Positions 11,340 through 22,737 of a stretch of DNA of 64,000 nt are shown one piece after another (the first letter of the stretch is position 1; the number at the start of each line of letters is the position of its first letter). Location of the stretch: positions 248,001-312,000 of the forward strand of contig JAXLNO010000202.1 in the NCBI GenBank assembly GCA_038087875.1, read 5' to 3'. A model generated the notes under the pieces. The model was given only the letters and a program-made list of their open reading frames with translations. It ran no database searches and was not told the origin of the DNA. Made by a program: the position numbers and the translations under genes. Source of the DNA: Malacoraja senta (lineage: Eukaryota).

Positions 11340-11591
11340 TCAGGCAACTGAACCATCGCACGTCAACTAGACAGCAGTCCTGCACTACCATCTACCTCAT
11401 TGGTGACCCTTGGACTATCTTTGATCGGACTTTACTGGCTTTACCTTGCACTAAACGTTATTCCCTTATCATGTATCTGTACACTGTGATTGTAATCATG
11501 TATTGTCTTTCCGCTGACTGGTTAGCACGCAACAAAGGCTTTTCACTGTACCTCGATACACGTGACAATAAACTAAACTCAAACTAAACTA
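11340..11591 (+). mobile_element. Rex1-like LINE 3' UTR. Similar copies at ~5205-5330(-), 35240-35575, 36960-37160(-), 39080-39200(-), 44360-44565, 58630-58812
   Basis: Ends ttcactgtacctcgatacacgtgacaataaa(ctaaa)n. Confidence 0.65.
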
Positions 11592-11701
11592 CTTTGATTA
11601 GTACGGGTGTCAGGGGTTATGGAGAGAAGACAGGAGAATGGGGTTGAGAGGGAGAGATAGATCAGCCATGCTGATGCCAACCAGCTGAGAGGCAGATGGC
11701 G

Positions 11702-11867
11702 CAGGAAGGAACTGCAGATGCTGTTTAAATCAAAGGTAGACACAAAATGCTGCAGTATCTCAGCAAGACAGGCAGCATCTCTGGAGAGACTGAGGAAGGG
11801 TCTCAACCCGAAATGTCACCCATTCCTTCTCTCCAGAGATGCTGCCTGTCCCGCTGAGTTACTCCAG
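11702..11867. mobile_element. Penelope-like pLTR inverted pair with mutated hammerhead
   Basis: caggcagcatctctggagaga|ctgaggaagggtctcaacccgaaatgtcacc...tctccagagatgctgcctg. Confidence 0.7.
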
Positions 11868-12071
11868 GGGCAGGTGGTGCCAGAATCACGATGATCACCA
11901 CTGCCAGGCAATGAGTTGGGAACCGTCCGATCCAACCCCAGCAAACAGGCGACTGCTATCACAACACGATGCTACAGATACACGGCAACCATTCAGATTA
12001 TAGAGAAAACAAAATCAGTTTAAACAGCACTGAAAAAAACAAAATCCAAAACCATAGAAGGATATCAACCC

Positions 12072-12658
12072 GAAACGTCACCTACCCATGTTCTCCACAG
12101 ATGCTGCCTGACCCGCTGAGTTACTCCAGCACTCTGTGAAACATCACCTATCCATGTTCCCCACAGATGCTGCCTGACCCGCTGAGTTACTCCAGCACTC
12201 TGTGAAACGTCACCTATCCATGTTCTCCACAGATGCTGCCTGACCCGCTGAGTTACTCCAGCACTCTGTGAAACGTCACCTATCCATGTTCTCCACAGAT
12301 GCTGCCTGACCCGCTGAGTTACTCCAGCACTGTGTGAAACGTCACCTATCCATGTTCTCCACAGATGCTGCCTGACCCGCTGAGTTACTCCAGCACTCTG
12401 TGAAACGTCACCTATCCATGTTCTCCACAGATGCTGCCTGACCCGCTGAGTTACTCCAGCACTCTGTGAAACGTCACCTATCCATGTTCTCCACAGATGC
12501 TGCCTGACCCGCTGAGTTACTCCAGCACTCTGTGAAACGTCACCTATCCATGTTCTCCACAGATGCTGCCTGACCCGCTGAGTTACTCCAGCACTGTGTG
12601 AAACGTCACCTATCCATGTTCTCCACAGATGCTGCCTGACCCGCTGAGTTACTCCAGC
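12072..12658 (+). repeat. Nine tandem 66-bp pLTR-derived units
   Basis: Unit starts every 66 bp from 12072 to 12600; preceded by a hammerhead remnant (gaaggatatcaacccgaaacgtc). Confidence 0.95.
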
Positions 12659-13074
12659 TTTGTGTGTTTGTCATCAACATCTAGAGATCCTTGTCTTTCC
12701 CAACAAGAACGTGCTGGCTCCAAACTCATCCTCTCCATTGATTCTTCTCTCCTCTGCAGATGTGGACCTGCCTGCAAGTGAATACTCCCAGCCACATGGT
12801 GCCAGGACCTGTCTCGTTCCAATGAAAGTGCCCTCCCCCAAGTTTAAGACATTTATTTCAGCCCCGTCTCTATCTGTTTCAATAAACACTTTATACATCA
12901 GGGTGTGGTGACTGTGTCTGTGCTGCTGCCCCACTGATACCCAACCTTCCAGCTTCAGTCTCCAAGACCAGTCAAGCCCCTTCCTTCCTTGGTCTATCTA
13001 CACACTGTAAACAAAAGCTGTCCTGACACACCTCAAAAACATTGCACCCTCTGAGTCTTTTGTGTTGAGGCATA

Positions 13075-14550
13075 CTCAGTTAATGTATAAGAAATAAAGT
13101 GGGCGAGCTTGAGGCTCAGTTAGAAAGTGGCAAGTATGATGTTGTGGGAATTACTGAGACATGGCTGCAAGAGGGCCAGGGCTGGGAACTGAATATCCAA
13201 GGGTATACCTCCTATCGAAAAGACAGACAGGTGGGCTGAGGGGGTGGGGTAGCTCTGTTGGTGAGGAATGAAATTCAGTCCCTTGCAAGGAGTGCAGGGA
13301 GACTGGGAAAACCAGGTTGGTACTGGACCCCAAGAAAGGGACTTTGTAGAGTGCCTTCATGATGGATTCTTAGAGCAGCTTGTATTGGAGCCTACCAGGG
13401 AGAAGGCAATTCTGGATTTAGTGTTATGTAATGAACCGGATTTGAAAAAGGAACGAGGTTAAGGAGCCATTAGGAGTTAGTGACCATAATATGGACAGGT
13501 TTAATCTACAATTGGAGAGGGAGAAGGGTAGATCGGAGGTGTCAGTGTTACAATTGAATAAAGGGGACTATGGGGCCATGAGGGAGGAGCTGGCCAAAGT
13601 TGACTGGAAAGATACACTACGAGGGATGACAGGGGAACAACAATGGCAGGTATTTCTAGGAATAATACAGAAGGTGCAGGATCAGTTCATTCCAAAGAGG
13701 AAGAAAGATTCCAAGGGGAGTAAGGGGCAACCGTGGCTGACAAGGGAAGTCAGGGACAGTATAAAAATAAAAGAGAAGAAGTATAACGTAGCAAAGATGA
13801 GCGGGAATCAAGAGGATTGGGTAATGTTTAAAGAACAACAGAAGATAACTAAAAAGACAATACGGGGAGAAAAGATGAGGTACGAAGGTAAGCTAGCCAA
13901 GAATATAAAGCAGGATAGTAAATGCTTCTTACGGTATGTGAAGAGGAAAAAAATAGTGAAGAGCAAAGTTGGACCCTTGAAGACCGAAAAAGGTGAATTT
14001 ATTATGGGGAACAAGGAAATGGCAGATGAGTTGAACTGGTACTTTGGATCCGTCTTCACTAAGGAGGACACAAATAATCTTCCTGATATAGTAGTGGCCA
14101 GAGGATCTGGGGTGACGGAGGAACTGAAGGAAATCCTACACTCTGGAGTTTGGAAGGATGAGAGGGAATCTTATAGAAACATGTAAGATTGTTAAGGGTT
14201 TGGACACGCTAGAGGCAGGAAACATGTTCCCGATGTTGGGGGAGTCCAGAACCAGGGGCCACAGTTTAAGAATAAGGGGTAAGCCATTTAGAACGGAGAC
14301 GAGGAAACACTTTTTCTCACAGAGAGTTGTGTCTGTGGAATTCTCTGCCTCAGTGGGTGGTGGAGGCCGGTTCTCTGGATACTTTCAAGAGAGAGCTACA
14401 TAGGGCTCTTAAAGATAGCGGAGTCAGGGGATATGGGGAGAAGGCAGGAACGGGGTACTGATTGGGGATGATCAGCCATGATCACATTGAATGGCGGTGC
14501 TGGCTCGAAGGGCTGAATAGCCTACTCCTGCACCTATTGTCTATTGTCTA
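13075..14550 (+). mobile_element. CR1 LINE with internal deletions (APE endonuclease and tether joined to a 3' end)
   Basis: YDVVGITETW, EPTREKAILDLVL and SDHN motifs; ORF 13491-14186; jumps to the RT C-terminus at ~14136. Confidence 0.9.
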
Positions 14551-15616
14551 TAATGTTCTTGTACTGTTAGCCTGTTGTTATTGCGTATCTCTCATATCTG
14601 CTGATATATCTGTACATATCTCCCTCTACCTCTTGCTGACTGTTGGGAGATCGGTAATCGAGATATTGTATTGGTAATATCGGTAATACATCCACAGAAA
14701 GGTACCTCCACCCTTTCTGTTATCAATCTCTCTCCATACGGCCAAATTTTATAAGATCTTAAGATCGAGCAGAATTAGGCCATTCGGCCCATCCAGTCTA
14801 CTCCGCCAATCAATCATGGTTGATCTATCTCTCCCTCTCAACCCCATTCTCCTGCCTTCTCCCCATAACCTCTGACACCCGTAATGATATCCACTGATGT
14901 GGCCTCCACATCCTTCTGTGGCAAAGAATTAGACAGATTCACCACCCACTGACTAAAGAAATATCTCATCATCTCCTTCCTGAAGGAACGTCTTTTATTC
15001 TGAGCCTGTGAACTCTAGTCCTAGACTCTCCCACTAGAGTCTCCACATCCACTCTATGAAGATTATTTGAGGAGTCTTCAGAGACTTCTCTCAGTACTGA
15101 AGTAACATATTAGTTAACTGACAGTGCAACACTACCCCCTCCGTGATTATACCTGAACCCCGAGATCCCTATGCTCTATAACACTCCCCAGAGCCCAACC
15201 ATTCATTGTGTCGGTCCTGCCCATGTTAATGCTCCCAAAATGCAACACCTCATATTTTTCTGTATTAAATTCCATCAACTGTTTCAAAAGTGTATGGAAC
15301 GAGCTGCCAAAGGAGGTAGTTGAGGCGGGTACTATAACAATGTTTATGAAACATCTAGACAGGTATATGGATAGGACAGGTTTAGAGGGATACGGGTCAA
15401 ACACAGGCAGGTGGGACTAGTGCAGATGGGACATGTTGGTCGGTGTGGGCACGTTGGGCTGAATGGCCTGTTTCCACACTGTTAGATTCAATTACTCTAT
15501 AACCATTCCTCAGCCGACGTGCCCAATCTTGTGGCAATGTTTGACCATCTCCACTATCTATGATACCTCCCACTTTAGTTTCATTTGCAAACTTGCTAAT
15601 CATGCAACTATTCGTC

Positions 15617-15978
15617 ATCAAGGGTTTGGACACGCTAGAGGCAGGAAACATGTTCCCGATGTTGGGGGAGTCCAGAACCAGGGGCCACAGTTTAAGAATA
15701 AGGGGTAAGCCATTTAGAACGGAGATGAGGAAACACTTTTTCACACAGAGGGTTGTGAATCTGTGGAACTCTCTGCCTCAGAAGGCAGTGGAGGCCAATT
15801 CTCTGGATGCTATCAAGAGAGCGTTAGATAGAGCTCTTAAAGATAGTGGAGTCAGGGGATATGGGGAGAAGGCAGGAACGGGGTACTGATTGGGGATGAT
15901 CAGCCATGATCTCATTGAATGGCGGTGCTGGCTCAATGGGCCAAATGGCCTACTCCTGCACCTATTGTCTATTGTCTA
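15617..15978 (+). mobile_element. CR1 LINE 3' end
   Basis: ORF 15560-15889 C-terminus ...GYGEKAGTGY*; (attgtct) tail. Confidence 0.9.
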
Positions 15979-16517
15979 AATCATTGATGTAGATGACAAA
16001 CAGTAACGGGCCCAGCACCAAACTCTTGAGACACACCACTAGTCACAGACCTTCTACCATCACCCTCTGCTTCCTTCCATGGAGCCAATTTGCTATTGTA
16101 GACAGCAGCATCTTAGTCAGCATGGGCAAGTTGGTGAATGGGGCTGTTTCCATGCTCTATGACTCTATAGTACTTGAGTTTGAACTGATTGTATTTCTGT
16201 ACAGAATATCTGGTCTGTAAAACAAAGCTTTCCACTGCAGCACAGACACAACAATAAACCTGAACACCGTGACAGTATTTGTGCAAGACTGTTGGAAAAA
16301 AAGAAAATATTTGGTGACCTTATCGCTCTTCTAAAAATACTCCTGAATAAAGTGTTGCTGAGATTTCACACTGAAACCGCATTCCTCATGTTCACACTGT
16401 AGCCCCCAACGAGCCTCATTAGACAAAGAACTTCAATATTTTTATCCTTCAATATTACCAATCCCAGTGCAGGGATGTGGAGCTGTTAAATAAATGATCT
16501 TGTTCATTTGGTGCAGT

Positions 16518-16830
16518 AGTTTAGTTTAGTTTAGTTTATAGATACAGCTTCGGCCCACCGAGTCTGCACCGACCAGCCATCCCCACACAGTAACACTATC
16601 CTACACACACTAGGGACAATTTACACTTATACCAAGCCAATTAACCTATAAAGCCGTACATTTCTGGAGTGTAGGAGGAAACTGAAGACCTCGGAGAAAA
16701 CCCACGCAGGTCACGGGGAGAACGTACAAACTCCGTACAGACAGCACCCGTGGTCAGGATCGAACCTGGGTGTCTGGAGCTGTAAGCGCTGTAAGGCAGT
16801 AACTCTACTGCTGCGTCACCTTGCCGCCCC
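16518..16830 (-). mobile_element. HE1/V-SINE-like SINE
   Basis: Reverse complement of tRNA head (B-box ggttcgatcc), V-domain and (ctaaa)n tail. Confidence 0.85.
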
Positions 16831-17059
16831 TGGTGATGGGCTTCTGTTTGAGGAAGTGAGTTGCAGCCTACTCTCTGCCAACGTTTCTAAGCAGGCTGCT
16901 GCAAACTATCCTACTAGATAAGGGTTCATTATTGCCACATATGCACTGCACAGTAAACTTCTTGCACCCATCGCCATATGTTGGTGCCATTTACAAAAGC
17001 AAAAATCCAAAGTCCACCTGTTGGATGTACTGGAGCGCAGACAAATGCTTTGCATTAAG

Positions 17060-17825
17060 ACACGTGCCTTGGGAAAGCAGCCAACAGGATCAAAGACTTG
17101 TCCAGCACAGTCATTCCTTCTTCTCCCCGCTCCGGTCCGGCAGAAGGTACAGAAGCTCTAAACTAAACACTTGATCCAAATGTTGGCACTGATCTGCAAA
17201 TTGCATTGTGTCATATCTGGACGAACAACCATTCAAAGTGTGGCTCGGTGGTGCAGCGGTAGAGTTGCTGCCTCACAGCGGCAGAGACGGGTGCTGTCTG
17301 TACGGAGTTTGTACCTTCTCCCTGTCACAGCTTGGGTTGATCCGGGTGCTCCGGTTTCCTCCCACATTCCAAAGACGTGCAGGTTTGTAGGTTAAATTGA
17401 TTTTGTAAATTGTCCCTAGTGTACGGGGTGGTAGCTTGTTGGTGCAGACTCGATGGGCTGAAGGGCCTGTTTCCACGCTGCATTTCTAAAAAACGAAACT
17501 GAACTAAGTTTGAAAGCGCGCACCACCAGACTCAGGAACAGCTTCTTCCCCTCTGTTATCAGGCTTCTGAACAGCCCTTCCATAAACTAGGGTGCTGTCC
17601 GATTCACCTCGACCCCATTGTGGACATTGGACTTTGTCTGTGGAACTGATGCACTACAATGCTGAGAACTATATTCGACACTCTGTATCTTCCCCTTTGC
17701 TCTACCTGTTGTACTGGAGTTTGAAGTGATTGTGTTTATGTATGATATTTTGGATAGGATGCCAAACAAAGCTATTTACCGTACCTCGGTGTACGACAAT
17801 AATAAACATAAAACCTAAAACCTAA
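17060..17825 (+). mobile_element. Rex1-like LINE 3' end interrupted at ~17158-17508 (insert includes a SINE at 17240-17507)
   Basis: CLGKAANRIKDLS..HSFFSPLRSGRRYRS | LKARTTRLRNSFFPSVIRLLN; 3' UTR ends gtacctcggtgtacgacaataataaa. Confidence 0.8.
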
Positions 17826-18051
17826 CATGGTTCAGAAGTGAAGTTGTCCAAGCTCCAGAATCACACGGCCAGGTGGTCACGTTGCCCTGTGCTGATGGCA
17901 GGGTTGGCAATGGACCACCTGCCTCAGAAATCTCTGCAAATCGAGGGTGAAATCCCATTCAAGCTCCAGGCATGGATTATTTAAAAGATAGACACAACAT
18001 CCTTGAGTAACTCAGCGGGACAGGCAGCATCTCTGGAGAGAAGGAATGGGT

Positions 18052-18079
18052 GACGTTTCGGGTCGAGACCCTTCGTCAG
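18052..18079 (-). ncRNA. Minimal hammerhead ribozyme motif
   Basis: Minus strand CUGACGA-A-GGGU(CUCG)ACCC-GAAACGUC. Confidence 0.7.
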
Positions 18080-18720
18080 ACTGAGAGTCAGGGGAGAAGG
18101 AGCCATAGAGATATTGTTAATATTGGCTAAATTAGAGAGGTCACAAAATGGAGGATCTTTGCATTTGCAGGGCTGAGAGTCACGGCTCCAAGGAATCTGG
18201 ACCCCAGATGGAAGTTGATGATCAGGAGAGGTCCAGATGTCCTTACTTTGTTAAAATGTATGAGGGTTTGCAGAAAGAGGTAAGAAGGTCTGCAAATGCA
18301 TAGTGGGGATTGGTTATAGAAGGGGGGGGGGGGTGAAGGTTGTTAATGATGTTGCAAGGTGTTTGTACTGCTGTTTGATGATTGGCTGAAATGTGAAGCC
18401 TTGTTTCAATTGTTTATGCAACCTGGGGAAATGTTGCATTACTTGGTTAACTGACTTCTTTCCAGAAGCTTCTGTAGAAACATTGTAATGGGGTACTTAG
18501 TAATTGGGTTAGGGAACTGTTAATAACTGTATAATGTGATCGATATGTGTGATTGGTTTGTAGGGGTTGCCTCCTCCAAGTAATGTCATGCCCTTAGTTT
18601 GTAGGGGTATAAGAGGGTGGGTAATTCTTTGTGGTGTCGGTTGAATGTGACTTCTGTTCTGTTTACACAAGATATGGTTGTCTTGTGTGAGTGGATCGGC
18701 AACTGTCCCTGCAGTTTGTT

Positions 18721-20336
18721 CAAGAGACAAGAGAGACAAGATACATTTATTGTCACCTGTACCGATTGGTACAGTGAAATGTGTGCTCACCATACAGCCA
18801 TACCAATAAAATAAAGAACACAGAACACGATAGTCTTTAACACAGACATCCCCACACAGTGGAATCAAAGTTTCCCACTGTGAGGGAAGGCACCAAAGTT
18901 CAGTCATCCTCCTCTGTTGTCCTCCGTTGTTCACCCGTGGTCGGGGCCTCCCGAGCCCCCTGTAGTTGCCGCTATGGGCGGCACGATGTTCAGGCCCGCT
19001 CACCGGACGATGGAACTCCGACGTCGGAACGGGAGAACATTCTCAACGGCTTGGACTTCCGAATCGGCCACTTCCTACTGGAGACCGCGGCTCCCGAAGT
19101 CCACAGGCCGAGCTGGGCGAAGATTCACGCCGGCGGCCCTCGGCAAAGGGATCCCAGGACTCTGCGATGTTGAAGTCAGCACCGCCCGCGCTGGAAGCTC
19201 CGCAAACCTCAGCTCCGCGATGTTGAAGCAGCAGGCCCAACACTCCGGAGCTTCAAACGGCGATCCAGGTAAGGCATCGCCCACTCTGCGGTGAATCCAG
19301 TGCTGCGCCGCTGCTGAAGCTCTGGCAGGAAAGGCCGCGCCAATCCAGTTGGTAGGCCGTGAGAGGGGGGTGAGGACGCGACTCGGAGAATACAATACAA
19401 TACAAACAATACTGTTTATTGTCATTTGAACCTCAAATGAAGTTCAAACAAAATTTGGTTTCTGCAGTCAAACAAACACGAAAAAGAACCAAGACACAAC
19501 ACAATTAACACAATTTACACAAACATCCATCACAGTGAATCTCCTCCTCACTGTGATGGAAGGCAAAGTCATTGTCTCTCCCCTGTTTTCCATTCTTCTC
19601 CCGATGTTAAAGGCGATGGAAAGTCCCGCGGCCGTTAAGGCGATGTAAGGCCCTGCTCCGGGTCTTGATGTTAAAGCCCCCGGCGGGCGATGGCAAGTCC
19701 CGCGATGTTAAAGCCCCCGGTGGGCGATGGCAAGTCCCGCGGCCCTTAAAGATGCACCGGGCGATGTAGGGCCCCGCTCCGGGTCGTTTTCAACCCCGCA
19801 ATTCGGGCGCGAGAAGTTGCCGTTGTGGGAGCTCCAAAAAGCGGTCTCCCACCAGGGACCCGCGAGCTCCCGATATCACCGTCCACCGGGCCGGCGGCTG
19901 GAGCCTCCAAGCTCCGGAGTCAGGTTGCAGCAACGCGCCACCACAGCTCTCCACGCTCCGAAGTCGGCAAGCCCCACGATGGTGAGTCCGCAGGCTCCAC
20001 GACTGGAGCCCCAGGTCATTCCGGTTGGAGGCCGCTCCACAGTACTAGGCCCCAACGACAACGGAGACTCGACAGGGAAAAGGACAGGGATATTTAAAAG
20101 TTCCCCCACCCCCCTCATATACACAGCTAAAAACATATATAAACTACAACCAAACTATACACTCAACAGGACAAAATAAAAAAAAACAGACGGACTGCAG
20201 AGGCCGATGCCGCAAGGCGCCTCCATCTTTGTTACGTCCTCGCCAGGAAGTGACTGGGAAACAGTTTCCCCCTTACCCTACCCCCCTCTCCCACATAGAA
20301 ATACCAAACAAAATCCTCCAGAACATACTTTTAACA
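18721..20336 (-). mobile_element. CpG-rich non-autonomous retroposon, type A (18721-19390 plus 20231-20336)
   Basis: Rex1-like 3' stem-loop ttcactgtaccaatcggtacaggtgacaataaa plus simple-repeat tail; rejoined 5' part is colinear with the copy at 42482-43222. Confidence 0.7.
19391..20230 (-). mobile_element. CpG-rich non-autonomous retroposon, type B, nested in type A
   Basis: 5' aagatggaggcgcc; hairpin tccatcacagtga..tcactgtgatgga; tail gaggttcaaatgacaataaa(gtatt)n; homologous to 37961-38828. Confidence 0.75.
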
Positions 20337-20620
20337 ATAAAGTTCTTCAATAAAGTAAGGTTTAGGAACCAGAGTTTGACTTAGTGTTTGACTAAACCAG
20401 ACTAAGGGGGTAAGTCTAGAATGGGAATGAACAATATGGAAGGAGAAGGAGAAAACGAGAGATCAAACGGGACAGAGATCAAGGGAAATGTAAAATGGAT
20501 CATTGTTAGCTACAGAGTAGGTCACCATGAGGTGTACAAAGTGTGCAGGGGGAGTGGTGTCAGTGAGGCCACTGTACTCACAACCCCTACCCAGCCAAGC
20601 CCCAACATGAGCCAGGGACT

Positions 20621-20940
20621 TTAGTTTTACTTTAGTTTAGAGATACAGCGCGGAAACAGGCCCTTCGGCCCATTGAGTCCGCACTGACCAGCGATCCCCA
20701 CACACTATCACTATCCTACACACACTAGGGACATTTTACAATCATTTCTGATACCAATTAACCTACAAACCTGCACGTCTTTGGAGTGTGGGAGGAAACC
20801 GGAGCACCCGGAGCACCCGGAGAAAACCCACGCAGGTCACGGGGAGAACGTACAAACTCCACACATACAGCACCCGTAGTCAGGATTGAACCCGGGTCTC
20901 TGGCGTTGTGAGGCAGCAACTCTACCGCTGCGCCACCGTG
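20621..20940 (-). mobile_element. HE1/V-SINE-like SINE, full length
   Basis: Minus strand cacggtggcgcagcggtagagttgctgcctcac...gggttcaatcc, V-domain, (ctaaa)n tail. Confidence 0.9.
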
Positions 20941-21784
20941 GACTTACTCATCATGCTTTGTATGTTCTCATCCAAATCATTGATAGATGACAAACAGTGG
21001 CATCAAACCCTGAGGCCACAAGACATGAACTTAAGGTAGTTGATGTTGCCACAGAGGGTAGTTGAGGCCAGTTCATTGGCTATATTTAAGAGTGAGTTAG
21101 ATGTGGCCTTGTGGCTAAAGGGATCAGGGGGTATGGAGAGAAGGCAGGTATGGGATACTGAGTTGGATGATCAGCCATGATCATATTGAATGGCGGTGCA
21201 GGCTCGAAGGGCCGAATGGCCTACTCCTGCACCTATTTTCTCTGTTTCTATGTTTCAATGAACTCCAGCTGTTAATCTCTGTAAATCTCTCTCTCTCTGA
21301 ACCAGACTCTCTCTCCTCATTCAAAGCCCAGTCCAGGTGTCCAAATATCCACGGTAGGAAGTTGTTGAGAATCGATCCTGAAATGTTTCTATACATTATC
21401 TGCGCTGGTAAATGGGAGGTCTTGATGCACAGAGTGTAAAGACAAACACGGCAGCAGTGTGGCCGGCCTTCATCCACCAGTGGGTGGTAATGGTCTTGTC
21501 AGCAGTTACAGAGGCAGTGTTTCCTGTGTGTGTCCGTCCTGGCGTGACTGGGCTGATGGAACGCAAGGATGAGGAAAGAGGGAGAGGGAGTAAGAGTGGG
21601 AGAGGGTGGAGGTGGAGTGGGGACTAGTCTGAAGAAGGGTCTGCATTGTAGTATTGTCCCTCACCATACTGGGTTTGAACCTGTGACCTAGTTGAGTCTA
21701 TACTTTGAATCTATTCCCCCAGACCATCACCCTACTGTGTATGACAACAGATTCAAATGACTTGAACACAGAGAACAGATCATT

Positions 21785-22328
21785 GGTGTGCAGTTTTGGT
21801 CCCCTAATTTGAGGAAGGACATTCTTGCTATTGAGGGAGTGCGGCGTAGGTTTACAAGGTTAATTCCCGGGATGGCGGGACTGTCTTATGCTGAGAAAAT
21901 GGAACGGCTGGGCTTGTACACTCTGGAGTTTAGAAGGATGAGAGGGTATCTTATTGAAACAAATAAGATTGTTAAGGGTTTGGACACGCTAGAGGCTGGA
22001 AACATGTTGCCGATGTTGGGGGAGTCCAGAACCAGGGGCCGCAGTTTAAGAATAAGGGGTAAGCCATTTAGAACGGAGGCGAGGAAACACATTTTCTCAC
22101 AGAGAGTTGTGAGTCTGTGGAATTCTCTACCTCAGAGGGCGGTGGAGGCTGGTTCTCTGGATGCTTTCAAGAGAGAGTTAGGTAGGGCTCTTAAAGATAG
22201 CGGAGTCAGGGGATATGGGGAGAAGGCAGGAACGGGGTACTGATTGTGGATGATCAGCTATGATCACATTGAATGGCGGTGCTAGCTCGAAGGGCCGAAT
22301 GGCCTACTCCTGCACCTATTGTCTATTG
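21785..22328 (+). mobile_element. CR1 LINE 3' end
   Basis: ORF 21788-22243. Confidence 0.92.
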
Positions 22329-22737
22329 TGTGTTGGTTGCAGCTCCCACCCAAAGGACACTGTGTTATTTTCATGACTTTCATAGGTGCAAGGTGTTGCA
22401 TTTTGTGAAGTTAAACCAGGGCAGGACCTTGACTGTGAATGATAATGTCCCGGGAGGTGATGCAGACCAGAGGGATCTAGGAGTGCAGGGACATGCACAT
22501 TCTTGTTAGAGTGAAGGGCAAGGCAGGTGGGCATAAGGAAGCTTGAACTAAATTGAGGCTCAGTTGAAGAATGAGACGGATGCATGGGGCAGGTACATGC
22601 AGCTGGGATCAAGTGTATCCCTGGAGGAGGTTCGGGAACTGTGGAGCAAAGTTAATATCAGGAGGAGAAAGAAGGAGATAGCTCTGGCAGATAATATTAA
22701 AGAAAATCTAACGAGATTTTATGTACCTACATACTGT

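Larger units (their letters stand above)
18115..20433 (+). mobile_element. Solo LTR (Gypsy/ERV-type), ~700 bp once nested inserts are removed
   Basis: TGTTAAT...ATGAACA termini; 4-bp TSD ATAT (18111-18114, 20434-20437); TATAAG at ~18608; AATAAA near 20336-20355. Confidence 0.8.
17987..20560 (-). mobile_element. Penelope-like pLTR/3' fragment split by an LTR insertion (17987-18114 and 20434-~20560)
   Basis: Rejoined sequence agagATATggaaggagaagg matches the uninterrupted PLE copy at ~33660. Confidence 0.75.

Noticed and set aside
12072..12658. CRISPR-like array
   Set aside because: The units are contiguous with no unique spacers, there are no cas genes, and the context is vertebrate; the unit derives from a pLTR
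18859..20179. CpG island, host promoter or GC-rich ORFs
   Set aside because: Explained by multi-copy GC-rich retroposons; ORFs occur in all frames because of GC content
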